Of a stretch of DNA of 64,000 nt, positions 48,341-60,862 are shown piece after piece. The position numbers and the translations under genes are program-made. This stretch comes from Macrostomum lignano. Lineage: Eukaryota. The notes beneath the pieces are model-generated. The model was not told where the DNA came from. It saw nothing but the letters and a program-made list of their open reading frames with translations, and searched no databases. The stretch is from the NCBI GenBank assembly GCA_002269645.1, contig NIVC01002077.1, forward strand, positions 124,001 to 188,000, given 5' to 3'. The stretch's first letter is position 1. The number at the start of each line of letters is the position of its first letter.

Positions 48341-49084
48341 CTGGCTCCCCCTCATTATTCCTAACTTCCTCTCACTCTCTTTGTCTCCCTCTCACTCCCA
48401 CTCTCCCTGCTCCCGCTCAATACTCTGTCTCCTCTAGCCCTCTCTGGCTCCCTCTCACTCACTCTCTCTGGTTTTCTCCCACTCTCTGTCTCCCTCTCAC
48501 CCCCTGTGTCTCTCATTCAAATCAAGCCCCCTAATAGTTTCCATTGCCGCAACAAAACAGACAATCGTTTTCACAGCCGCAAACGCAGCAGCACTAACAG
48601 GAGTGAATTGTTAGTGAAAGCCAAAAAAGTAAAGGTGTGAAAATTTGCTAGCTCAGAGTAGGAACTCTGAAGAGGCCCTCCAAGTGGCAGCCCAACCCCC
48701 CTGGCAGGTGGGGTGGGAGCTCCCAGGTCAGCTTTTGCAGGTGAGCTGGTGCGGGGTGTGGGGTGGTGGTTGTCTCGCTAGCGAAATTCATTTTTATTCA
48801 TGAGCCGCAAGGAGCGCCACTCCAGAGCGCCCAGCTTGGCCAGTCAGCCAGCCAAGCCCGGTTGCCAACCGCTCGCTTGTGACTTGGGAACTGCAGGAGG
48901 CAGCAGCTTCAGGCGTAGCTTAAAGGGGGGATTTGCCGCCTCTGCAGTTTAATGACATTCTTCCCACAACTGCTGGCGATTCTCTCCCCATGGTTTGCGG
49001 GTGAGAAAAAATCGTTTCTTTTTGTCCTTCTATAACTGGCTGCTGGTATATTATGCAAATTGTTTTCGCTGGGTACTGGCCCGC

Positions 49085-50270
49085 CTCCTGGGAGAGTCTG
49101 GCGCCTCCTGGGAGTCTGGCGCCTCCTGGGAGTCTGGCGCCTCCTGGGAGTCTGGCGCCTCCTGGGAGTCTGGCGCCTCCTGGGAGTCTGGCGCCTCCTG
49201 GGAGTCTGGCGCCTCCTGGGAGTCTGGCGCCTCCTGGGAGTCTGGCGCCTCCTGGGAGTCTGGCACCTGGGAGTCTGGCGCCTCCTGGGAGTCTGGCGCC
49301 TCCTGGGAGTCTGGCGCCTCCTGGGAGTCTGGCGCCTCCTGGGAGTCTGGCGCCTCCTGGGAGTCTGGCGCCTCCTGGGAGTCTGGCGCCTCCTGGGAGT
49401 CTGGCGCCTCCTGGGAGTCTGGCACCTGGGAGTCTGGCGCCTCCTGGGAGTCTGGCGCCTCCTGGGAGTCTGGCGCCTCCTGGGAGTCTGGCGCCTCCTG
49501 GGAGTCTGGCGCCTCCTGGGAGTCTGGCGCCTCCTGGGAGTCTGGCGCCTCCTGGGAGTCTGGCGCATCCTGGGAGTCTGGCGCCTCTCCTGGAAGTCTC
49601 ATGGCGCCTCCTGGGAGAGTCCGGAGTCTCCTGGCAGTCTCATCGCGCCTCCTGGGAGAGTCCGGAGCCTCCTGGAAGAGTCCGGAGTCTCCTGGCAGTC
49701 TCATCGCGCCTCCTGGGAGAGTCCGGAGCCTCCTGGAAGAGTCCGGAGTCTCCTAGGAGTCTCATGGCGCCTCCTGGGAGTCTGGCGCCTCTCCTGGAAG
49801 TCTCATGGCGCCTCCTGGGAGAGTCCGGAGCCTCCTGGAAGAGTCCGGAGTCTCCTAGGAGTCTCATCGCGCCTCCTGGGAGAGTCCGGAGCCTCCTGGA
49901 AGAGTCCGGAGTCTCCTAGGAGTCTCATGGCGCCTCCTGGGAGTCTGGCGCCTCTCCTGGAAGTCTCATGGCGCCTCCTGGGAGAGTCCGGAGCCTCCTG
50001 GAAGAGTCCGGAGTCTCCTAGGAGTCTCATGGCGCCTCCTGGGAGTCTGGCGCCTCTCCTGGGAGTCTCATGGCGCCTCCTGGGAGAGTCCGGAGCCTCC
50101 TGGAAGAGTCCGGAGTCTCCTGGGAGTCTCATCGCGCCTCCTGGGAGAGTCCGGAGCCTCCTAGAAGAGTCCGGAGTCTCCTGAGAGTCTCATGGCGCCT
50201 CCTGGGAGAGTCTGGTGCCTTCTGGAAGAGTCCGGAGTCTCCTGGGAGTCTCATCGCGCCTCCTGAGAGT
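49085..50270. repeat. 18-bp minisatellite grading into a higher-order repeat
   Basis: Unit GGGAGTCTGGCGCCTCCT; composite units appear after about 49590. Confidence 0.95.
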
Positions 50271-50689
50271 TTGGCATCTTTCTGAAGCCTTCTGGGTGTC
50301 TTCTTTGTCTAAATTCTGCAGTCCCGCAAGAGTTTAGACAAAGATTTCCACTTGAACAAAGACTACATTATTTCTGCGTCAAGCACAAGTAAACCAATCG
50401 TTTGCAGCACGTCAATCAAAGCAAATCCGTGGCAAATCATGGACCGCAGCTGGGCTGATCAGGGCTGGTTGTTCTGTCACTCAAACCCTGAGATTGATTC
50501 TGGTTTCTAATCCAGCTGAGCTCATTTTTCAATCCATTAAAAATGCCAGGGCTGTGGCTGCGACCGACAAGTTTGTTTCTGCAACTGAAAATAAAGTAAA
50601 AGCAAAACGTTAAAAATATGAATTTTTGATACCCATGCAGATCGGAGCGTCACAGCGTTTTGGATAGGGAACAGAGATAGAAAATAGAG

Positions 50690-51935
50690 AGGTAGATAGC
50701 TGGAGAGGAAGAGATCTCAGTGAGATAGAAATGGAGAGGTAGATATGCGGTAGAGATCTCAGTGAGATAGAAATAGAGAGGTAGATATGCGGTAGAGATC
50801 TCAGATAGATAGAAATAGAGAGGTAGATATGCGGTATCTCAGTGAGATAGAAATAGAGAGGTAGATATGCGGTAGAGATCTCAGATAGATAGAAATAGAG
50901 AGGTAGATATGCGGTATCTCAGTGAGATAGAAATGGAGAGGTAGATATGCGGTATCTCAGTGAGATAGAAATGGAGAGGTAGATATGCGGTAGAGATCTC
51001 AGTGAGATAGAAATAGAGAGGTAGATATGCGGTAGAGATCTCAGTGAGATAGAAATAGAGAGGTAGATATGCGGTAGAGATCTCAGATAGATAGAAATAG
51101 AGAGGTAGATATGCGGTATCTCAGTGAGATAGAAAAAGAGGGGTAGATATGCGGTAGAGATCTCAGATAGATAGAAATAGAGAGGTAGATATGCGGTATC
51201 TCAGTGAGATAGAAATAGAGAGGTAGATTTGCGGCAGAGATCTCAGTGAGATGGAAATATAGAGGTAGATATGCGGTAGAGATCTCAGTGAGATAGAAAT
51301 AGAGAGGTAGATATGCGGTATCTCAGTGAGATAGAAATAGAGAGGTAGATATGCGGTAGAGATCTCAGTGAGATAGAAATAGAGAGGTAGATATGCGGTA
51401 GAGATCTCAGTGAGATAGAAATAGAGAGGTAGATATGCGGTAGAGATCTCAGTGAGATGGAAATAGAGAGGTAGATATGCGGTAGAGATCTCAGTGAGAT
51501 GGAAATGGAGAGGTAGATATGCGGTAGAGATCTCAGTGAGATAGAAATAGAGAGGTAGATATGCGGTAGAGATCTCAGTGAGATAGAAATAGAGAGGTAG
51601 ATATGCGGTAGAGATCTCAGTGAGATAGAAATAGAGAGGTAGATATGCGGTAGAGATCTCAGATAGATAGAAATAGAGAGGTAGATATGCGGTAGAGATC
51701 TCAGTGAGATGGAAATGGAGAGGTAGATATGCGGTAGAGATCTCAGTGAGATGGAAATAGAGAGGAAGATATGCGGTAGAGATCTCAGATAGATAGAAAT
51801 AGAGAGGTAGATATGCGGTAGAGATCTCAGTGAGATAGAAATAGAGAGGTAGATATGCGGTAGACATCTCAGTGAGATAGAAATAGAGAAGTAGATATGC
51901 GGTAGAGATCTCAGATAGAAAGAAATGGAGAGGTA
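50690..51935. repeat. 42-bp minisatellite (36-bp variants), about 30 copies
   Basis: Unit GAGATAGAAATAGAGAGGTAGATATGCGGTAGAGATCTCAGT. Confidence 0.96.
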
Positions 51936-53334
51936 GATATGTGAGCAAGGTGACAATGCTGAGCAAGATCCATAAGAGAACAGAGATCATCGCAGCATAC
52001 TGGGGAACAAATTGCTTTTAACTGCAGGCCTGTGCGCTCAAGGTGTCAAAGAAGCAGCCACTCAGCTATGCGGATGCAGGATGCCAATTAATAAAAGGAA
52101 GCTGGACTGTATGAAGGAGCCGCACCTGGCCTGATGGCCGAGACTTCCTCAATATTTGGCTCTCAAAGTTTCCAGCTATTCATTCACCGATTAAACTTTG
52201 GGAGGAGGAGGAGGCGCGGTTTTAATTCACAATTTTCACACCTTCTCTCTTCCTCTTCTCTCCCCTCCTCTCTCGCTGCCGCGTTCCAAAACGAGAAGCT
52301 AAAAATAGACCGGCGGAGACGCGGAGCGAAGCCGGCAGACGTTGCGACTCCGCCGCGTGAGTCAGTCGGCTCTCCGGCGCTCTGGCGCTCGCCCAGAATG
52401 CGGGCGGGGCCACTCCAATCTGGAGTGGGTGCGCCATCGGGGCGCCGGGTCCGCGGCCAGGTGTAGAGAGGGTCCTTGAGGGATCGCGCGTTGTCGAGGC
52501 AGATTTTTTGTATGCATGCATTAGTTGAGGATCCAGGAATCTCTTTTTATAATATACTTCTCTTCCCATTCTTTCCTTAGTCCACAATGGGACCCCGGGG
52601 TTGCTCGCTGAGCACGGTGGGGGGTTGCAACCCCCCCCCCCTCCAGTCACTGTTTTCACCGCCGCGAATTTGACAGTGTTGCCAAGTTGCCCAAGTGAGT
52701 ATAGGGATCTGTCTCTAAGGTGGCGGCTTAAGGAAGGCTGAGCTGCCAAAGCCACTTATGCAGTCAGCAGAAGTGGGGCCAGGAGTGGCTGTAGTCAGGC
52801 AATAAGAAAAAGCAAGCAGTAAAAGTTACTGGCGCGGTGCCCTTCTTTTCTCAAGTGAGCCTTAATATGTGACAGCTCGCAAAATGACAGACTAATTGAC
52901 GAAATGAGTGTGAAAAAGGGGATGATATATATTTATACTATAATTTTAATGAGAGCAGGTACAGTGTGTATACTGTAGAGGGAGCTTGTTGAGTAAGACA
53001 GAGCAGTGCTCAAAGGGTTTAAGCTGTTTGCTTCATTCAGAGAGTCAAAAAGTGCGCAAAATATGCTATAGTAAAGGGCTTTGCTATGCGGTAACTTTGC
53101 ACTTTTGTACGCAAAATGTGTCTAAAGTTACTGTAAAAGGTGTCTCTAAGATTGCAATAAAATTGTGACAGCAGTCGATCACGTGCAGCTGCAGGTTTCT
53201 AAGAAAATTACATTTTAATTTGAAACTGAAGGCAATCATTTCACTGTACAGGCAGTATTAGGCTTGGGGATTTAAACATTGTGCTTCCATTTAAAGCGAA
53301 GGACCTCAACTGCAATCTAAAGGATTTACAGGAA

Positions 53335-55910
53335 ATGTCTATGAAGGGTCTAGAGGGAATCTCTATTAAGGATCTAGAGGGAATGTCTATTTAGGATCTA
53401 GATGGAATGTCTATTTAGGATCTAGAGGGAATGTCTATGTAGGATCTAGAGGGACTGTCTATTTAGTATCTAGAGGGAATGTCTATCAAGGATCTAAAGG
53501 GAATGTCTATTTATGATCTAGAGAGAATGTCTATCAATGATCTAGAGGGAATGTCTATGTAGGATCTAGAGGGACTGCCTATTTAGTATCTAGAGGGAAT
53601 GTCTATCAAGGATCTAGAGGGAATGTCTATTTATGATCTAGAGGGAATGTCTATGTAGGATCTAGAGGGACTGTCTATTTAGTATCTAGAGGGAATGTCT
53701 ATCAAGGATCTAGAGGGAATGTCTATCAATGATCTAGAGGGAAATTCTATGTAGGATCTAGAGGGACTGTCTATTTAGTATCTAGAGGGAATGTCTATCA
53801 AGGATCTAGAGGGAATGTCTATTTATGATCTAGAGAGAATGTCTATCAATGACCTAGAGGGAATGTCTATGTAGGATCTAGAGGGACTGTCTATTTAGTA
53901 TCTAGAGGGAATGTCTATCAAGGATCTAGAGGGAATGTCTATTTATGATCTAGAGAGAATGTCTATCAAGGATCTAGAGGGAATGTCTATTTATGATCTA
54001 GAGAGAATGTCTATCAAGGATCTAGAGGGAATATCTATCTGTGTTCTAGAGGGAATGTCTATTTATGATCTAGAGGGAATGTCTATCAAGGATATAGAGG
54101 GAATGTCTATTTAGTATCTAGAGGGAATGTCTATCAAGGATCTAGAGGGAATGTCTATTTAGTATCTAGAGGGAATGTCTATCAAGGATCTAGAGGGAAT
54201 GTCTATTTATGATCTAGAGGGAATGTCTATCAAGGATCTAGAGGGAATGTCTATTTATGATCTAGAGGGAATGTCTATTTAGTATCTAGAGGGAATGTCT
54301 ATCAAGGATCTAGAGGGAATGTCTATTTATGATCTAGAGGGAATGTCTATCAAGGATCTAGAGGGAATGTCTATTTATGATCTAGAGGGAATGTCTATTT
54401 AGTATCTAGAGGGAATGTCTATCAAGGATCTAGAGGGAATGTCTATTTAGTATCTAGAGGGAATGTCTATCAAGGATCTAGAGGGAATGTCTATCAAGGA
54501 TCTAGAGGGAATGTCTATTTATGATCTAGAGAGAATGTCTATCAAGGATCTAGAGGGAATATCTATCTGTGTTCTAGAGGGAATGTCTATTTAGTATCTA
54601 GAGGGAATGTCTATCAAGGATCTAGAGGGAATGTCTATTTAGTATCTATAGTATCTAGAGGGAATGTCTATCAAGGATCTAGAGGGAATGTCTATTTATG
54701 ATCTAGAGGGAATGTCTATCAAGGATCTAGAGGGAATGTCTATTTATGATCTAGAGGGAATGTCTATTTAGTATCTAGAGGGAATGTCTATCAAGGATCT
54801 AGAGGGAATGTCTATCAAGGATCTAGAGGGAATGTCTATCAAGGATCTAGAGGGAATGTCTATTTATGATCTAGAGGGAATGTCTATTTAGTATCTAGAG
54901 GGAATGTCTATCAAGGATCTAGAGGGAATGTCTATCAAGGATCTAGAGGGAATGTCTATTTATGATCTAGAGGGAATGTCTATTTAGTATCTAGAGGGAA
55001 TGTCTATCAAGGATCTAGAGGGAATGTCTATCAAGGATCTAGAGGGAATGTCTATCAAGGATCTAGAGGGAATGTCTATTTATGATCTAGAGGGAATGTC
55101 TATTTAGTATCTAGAGGGAATGTCTATCAAGGATCTAGAGGGAATGTCTATCAAGGATCTAGAGGGAATGTCTATTTATGATCTAGAGGGAATGTCTATT
55201 TAGTATCTAGAGGGAATGTCTATCAAGGATCTAGAGGGAATGTCTATTTAGTATCTAGAGGGAATGTCTATCAAGGATCTAGAGGGAATGTCTATTTATG
55301 ATCTAGAGAGAATGTCTATCAAGGATCTAGAGGTAATATCTATCTGTGTTCTAGAGGGAATGTCTATTTATGATCTAGAGGGAATGTCTATTTATGATCT
55401 AGAGGGAATGTCTATCAAGGATATAGAGGGAATGTCTATTTAGTATCTAGAGGGAATGTCTATCAAGGATCTAGAGGGAATGTCTATCAAGGATCTAGGG
55501 GGAATGTCTATTTATGATCTAGAGGGAATGTCTATCAAGGATCTAGAGGGAATGTCTATTTATGATCTAGAGGGAATGTCTATTTAGTATCTAGAGGGAA
55601 TGTCTATCAAGGATCTAGAGGGAATGTCTATCAAGGATCTAGAGGGAATGTCTATTTATGATCTAGAGGGAATGTCTATTTAGTATCTAGAGGGAATGTC
55701 TATCAAGGATCTAGAGGGAATGTCTATTTAGTATCTAGAGGGAATGTCTATCAAGGATCTAGAGGGAATGTCTATCAAGGATCTAGAGGGAATGTCTATC
55801 AAGGATCTAGAGGGAATGTCTATCAAGGATCTAGAGGGAATGTCTATTTAGTATCTAGAGGGAATGTCTATCAAGGATCTAGAGGGAATGTCTATCAAGG
55901 ATATAGGGAA
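53335..55910. repeat. 24-bp minisatellite, about 107 copies, three main variants
   Basis: Unit TCTAGAGGGAATGTCTAT + CAAGGA / TTATGA / TTAGTA. Confidence 0.97.
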
Positions 55911-56096
55911 AGTCTGTTTATATTTTTCTGATGCTGATTACACACAAGCGAGCGCGGATTTAAGACACATATCAGAGATAATTGCTCAGATCAAGCAATG
56001 TCATAAGGAGATCATTTCGAATACATCGAAAAACTTGTCGCTTTGTAACCATGGAAACCAACCAACGCCTTCACCTGCGCTGTCGTCAAGTCTTCA

Positions 56097-59000
56097 TCAC
56101 CAGACTCCCTGCCGGGCGCTCAAGATAAAACCGGGTGGCGGTTGATGGTGCTGATGGTACTGGTGGTACTGGGCGGGGTGGTGGTACTGCGGCTGCTGCA
56201 TCACGTGCTGGTGATGCTGGGTCAGAGCCGCAGCCGCAGCAGCCGCCGCTGCCTGCTGATGCTGATGCTGATGATGGTTATAGTGATGATGGGGATAGTG
56301 CGGGTGAGTCTGGGCAGCGGATGAGAAGTCCTGAGCAGCGGCAGCTGCGGCGGCGGCGGCTGCTGCGGCGGCTGCGGCTGCGGCGCTCGGGCCCTCGTCT
56401 CCAGCGTGTCCCGGATGCTCGAACTGATACTGATGAGGGTGCGACTGCTGCTGCAGCTGCTGCAGGTTGGGCTTGACATCGGATTTCAACGACTGACTCG
56501 AGCCGCCGCTGACGTTCGCGGACTCCTTGGCGGAGCCGTTGTGCACCTCGGAGGAGCTGTTCTTGTCCTTCGATGCGCGCTTGCACTTGTAGCGATGGTT
56601 CTGGAACCAGATTTTCACCTGCGCGGGCGGGCGAGTGGGAGAGCTGGTGTTTTGGATCCGCTCGTTCTAGATTTAGTTTCCGCCCCAATGATATATTTTT
56701 AGTTTCCGCCCTAATGATCTATTTTTAGTTTCCGCCCCTATATTCTAGTTTTAGTTTCCGCCCCAATGATCTATTTTTAGTTTCCGCCCCAATGATCTAT
56801 TTTTAGTTTCCGCCCCAATGATCTATTTTTAGTTTCCGCCCCAATGATCTATTTTTAGTTTCCGCCCCAATGATCTATTTTTAGTTTCCGCCCCTAGATC
56901 CTGTCTTTAGTTTCCGCCCCTAGATCCTGTCTTTAGTTTCCGCCCCTAGATCCTGTCTTTAGTTTCCGCCCCTAGATCCTGTCTTTAGTTTCGCGCAGCG
57001 GACCCCGCGCACCTGGGTAGGCGTCAGGTTGATCATCTGAGCCAGGTGCTCCCGCTCCGGTGCTGACAGGTACTTCTGCTTCTTGAACCGCCTCTCAAGC
57101 TCGAACACCTGCGCCTGGGTGAACAGCACTCGCCGTTTTCGTCGCTGAGACATCGAGAACTGCAGGCCGCCGCCGACTCCGCCTCCTTTGGATTGACCCC
57201 CGGCATGTTGGTGGTCGTAGGCCGCCGCCAGGCCGCCCGGGATGCCCATGGTCAGGGACGCCGGCACGGAGCCATAGCTCATGGACCCCGCTGCACCGCC
57301 GGCTGCCGAGCTCATCAGGCGGGACACTGTCAGGGGCGGGGGTTGCATGGTTTGAATAGCGGGACACTGTCAGGGGCGGGGGTTGCATGGTTTGGATAGC
57401 GGGACACTGTCAGGGGCGGGGTTGCATGGTTTGGATAGCGGGACACTGTCAGGGGCGGGGGTTGCATGGTTTGGATAGCGGGACACTGTCAGGGGCGGGG
57501 GTTGCATGGTTTGGATATCGGGACACTGTCAGGGGCGGGGGTTGCATGGTTTGAATAGCGGGACACTGTCAGGGGCGGGGGTTGCATGGTTTGGATAGCG
57601 GGACACTGTCAGGGGCGGGGGTTGCATGGTTTGGATAGCGGGACACTGTCAGGGGCGGGGGTTGCATGGTTTGGATAGCGGGACACTGTCAGGGGCGGGG
57701 GTTGCATGGTTTGGATAGCGGGACACTGTCAGGGGCGGGGGTTGCATGGTTTGGATAGCGGGACACTGTCAGGGGCGGGGGTTGCATGGTTTGGATAGCG
57801 GGACACTGTCAGGGGCGGGGGTTGCATGGTTTGGATAGCGGGACACTGTCAGGGGCGGGGGTTGCATGGTTTGGATAGCGGGACACTGTCAGGGGCGGGG
57901 GTTGCATGGTTTGGATAGCGGGACACTGTCAGGGGCGGGGGTTGCATGGTTTGGATAGCGGGACACTGTCAGGGGCGGGGGTTGCATGGTTTGGATAGCG
58001 GGACACTGTCAGGGGCGGGGGTTGCATGGTTTGGATAGCGGGACACTGTCAGGGGCGGGGGTTGCATGGTTTGGATAGCGGGCAGGATTTCCCATTGATG
58101 GAGGAAGCTGCTCGTGAGTCAGGAGTACGGAATGCGGGAAACACAGATCGATTCTGGGATGTGTCAGAGAGCTGAGAGAAAGGTCGTGTGTCAGGGAGGT
58201 GTTAGATGGGGTCAGTGGAGATCATAGAATCCTTGAGAAGCTCAGGGAGGGCGTCAGAGAGGAGCTCAGAGCGGAGGTCAGAGAGAAGCTGATAGAGGGG
58301 GTCAGAGAAGAGCTCAGAGGGGGTCAGAGAGGCCCTGATAGGGGGAGGTCAGAGAGGAGCTCAGAGAGGGGGGTCAGAGAAGAGCTCAGAGGGGGGTCAG
58401 AAAGGAGCTCAGAGCGGGGGTCAGAGAGGAGCTCAGAGGGGGTCAGAGAGGCCCTGATAGGGGGAGGTCAGAGAGGAGCTCAGAGAGGGGGGTCAGAGAA
58501 GAGCTCAGAGGGGGGATGAGAGAGGAGCTCAGAGGAGGGGGTCAGGGAGGAGCTCAGAGCGGGGGTCAGAGAGGAGCTCAGAGGGGGGTCACAGACCCAT
58601 CCTGAGGGGCAGGAGGTCACACAGCTCGCAGTCACGGGATGCAAGAATTAAGAAAGTCAGATTAAGAAAGTCAAGGCCAATTAACAAATTGGATTTAAAC
58701 AATTAGAAAATCCTATTTTATTGTCAAGCGAGTTGAATCTTTATTCTGGAATATTTTGGCACAGCAACCGATTCTCAATAATCGGATTTCACTCATTCCA
58801 GGGCAATCCGATGGTTTTAGAAAGCAGCATGGGGGTCAGCCGGCCTGCATGTAAATTTGATTCCGAGTCAAATTGCGCAAGTGGGTATAATAATGCGTTT
58901 GATGGTGAGAAGGTTTTGACTCAATTTGATCAATAATTTACTGCATCTTTTCTTAAATCAATTTGCACGATTCTCCTCTTCTGTAATAACCAAGTTAATA

Positions 59001-59798
59001 CGACCCAATTCTAAATTGCCCGCAACGCACCAAATACAGATTCAGAATGGCGTTTAACCAGTCATCAGAGTCAAAATGGCACCCATCGGATTCAAAATGG
59101 CACCCATCGGATTCAAAATGGCACCCATCGGATTCAAAATGGCACCCATCGGATTCAAAATGGCACCCATCGGATTCAACATCGCACCCATCGGATTCAA
59201 AATGGCACCCATTGGATTCAAAATGGCACCCATCGAATTCAACATCGCACCCATCGGATTCAAAATGGCACCCATCGGATTCAAAATCGCACCCATCGGA
59301 TTCAAAATCGCACCCATCGGATTCAAAATCGCACCCATCGGATTCAAAATGGCACCCAGCAGATTCAACCCCCCCCCCCTCGAACTCACTGGTGGCAAGT
59401 CTCGGATCCGAGGCCGAGACGCCGGCAGCGGCGGCCGCCTGCTGGTACCAGGAGCTCCCCAGCTGGTGTCGCGGGTCGGCCGCGTACGGCGAGTCCGTCA
59501 GGTCGCCGGGCGGGACGGAGCCGCCGCTATTGTAGTAGGGACTGGCTGCTGGCGCGGTGTACATCGCAGTGGCGGCAGCGGCAGCGGCGGCAGCTGTGGA
59601 AGCACCTGCGGGGCTTTGATCGTCGACCTTCGATGGAGGCTCCTCGACAGGCAGCGCAGCGGTGGCGCTGTTCAACAGAATGTCGCTGACGCGAAACGAC
59701 TGCTGCTGCTGGTGATGCTGATGCTGGTGCTGGTGCTGATGCTGGTGCTGATTGCTGATGCCGAGATCCCCGTTAATCTGCTGCTGCTGCTGCTGCAT
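56097..59798 (-). CDS. NKX2-1: NK2-class homeobox protein, Nkx2.1/2.4 (scarecrow) family, 3 exons, 414 aa
   Basis: Exons 59798-59390, 57326-57013, 56618-56097; phases 1,0; 1245 nt. TN/eh1 motif SFRVSDIL; DPRLATMSRLM. Homeodomain [44 protein letters not shown]|[14 protein letters not shown] with Tyr54. C-terminal ...RQGVW. Confidence 0.93.
56680..56990. repeat. 26-bp minisatellite (~12 copies) in Nkx2.1 intron 2
   Basis: Unit TTTAGTTTCCGCCCCAATGATCTATT and a CTAGATCCTGTC variant. Confidence 0.93.
57320..58081. repeat. 40-bp minisatellite (~19 copies) overlapping the Nkx2.1 exon 2 acceptor
   Basis: Unit GCGGGACACTGTCAGGGGCGGGGGTTGCATGGTTTGGATA. Confidence 0.97.
58225..58590. repeat. Degenerate ~22-bp GA-rich repeat in Nkx2.1 intron 1
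   Basis: GAGAGGAGCTCAGAGGGGGGTCA-like units. Confidence 0.85.
59065..59360. repeat. 21-bp minisatellite (~14 copies) in Nkx2.1 intron 1
   Basis: Unit GGATTCAAAATGGCACCCATC. Confidence 0.94.
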
Positions 59799-59924
59799 CC
59801 AACTGGTTTATTGCGAATAGCGGACCAGGACTGTAGATATAAATTTCTCTGAGCATAGACCTGCCAACTGGACTCACTGATTGCTGCCACTTCAAGGGTG
59901 TCGGGGGTGGAGTAGAGAATGGGG

Positions 59925-60015
59925 GCGCCCGCCCACCCCCCCTCCAGCCGCCCGACCAGTGAAGGCCGCCCTAGTGGCTCGGGTCGCAGCCAATGAGGCC
60001 AATGAGGGGGCGGTG
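59925..60015 (-). promoter_or_regulatory. Candidate Nkx2.1 proximal promoter elements (tandem CCAAT boxes and GC boxes)
   Basis: GCCAATGAGGCCAATGAGGGGCGG about 200 bp upstream of the ATG; motif-only evidence. Confidence 0.35.
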
Positions 60016-60109
60016 ACCAGAGAAATAGAATAGAGGGAGGGAATCGCGTCTTTATCTGTTTTGTGCTCAGAGCTCTTCTGATTTAACTGGCGCCCGACCT
60101 GAGAATGAG

Positions 60110-60862
60110 AGATGGATTTTGGCGTCATTTAAAAAATATTGGCGTCACTCAGATATAGATATTGGCGTCATTCGGGTATAGATATTGGCGTCATTCAGAT
60201 AGATATTGGCGTCATTCAGATATAGATATTGACGTCATTCAGATATACATGTAGATATAGGGCATCATTCAGATAGATATTTTCGTCATTCAGATGTAGA
60301 TATAGGGCATCATTCAGATAGATATTTTCGTCATTCAGATGTAGATATAGGGCATCATTCAGATAGATATTTTCGTCATTCAGATATAGATATTGGGCAT
60401 CATTCAGATATAGATATTTTCGTCATTCAGATATAGATATTTTCGTCATACAGATATAGATATTGGGCATCATTCAGATATAGATATTTTCGTCATACAG
60501 ATATAGATATTTTCGTCATTCAGATATAGATATTGACGTCATTCAGATATACATGTAGATATAGGGCATCATTCAGAATTCAGATAGATATTTTCGTCAT
60601 TCAGATGTAGATATAGGGCATCATTCAGATAGATATTTTCGTCATTCAGATGTAGATATAGGGCATCATTCAGATAGATATTTTCGTCATTCAGATATAG
60701 ATATTGGGCATCATTCAGATATAGATATTTTCGTCATTCAGATATAGATATTTTCGTCATACAGATATAGATATTGGGCATCATTCAGATATAGATATTT
60801 TCGTCATACAGATATAGATATTTTCGTCATTCAGATATAGATATTGACGTCATTCAGATATA
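60110..60862. repeat. ~23-bp minisatellite upstream of Nkx2.1
   Basis: Unit GTCATTCAGATATAGATATTTTC and variants. Confidence 0.93.

Noticed and set aside
45512-51990. Long ORFs such as 45512-47320, 48909-49568 (PRRRQT protamine-like), 49060-50184 and 51163-51990
   Set aside because: They are translations of tandem arrays, open in several frames at once, with no non-repetitive domain or splice context.
52222-52755. 177-aa ORF in a GC-rich island
   Set aside because: It has a non-ATG start, no recognisable homology and no clear exon boundaries; it looks more regulatory or TE-derived.
43579-52857. NK2-binding CAAGTG sites suggesting Nkx2.1 autoregulation
   Set aside because: About 6 sites were seen against roughly 3-4 expected by chance in the unique sequence, which is not a meaningful excess.
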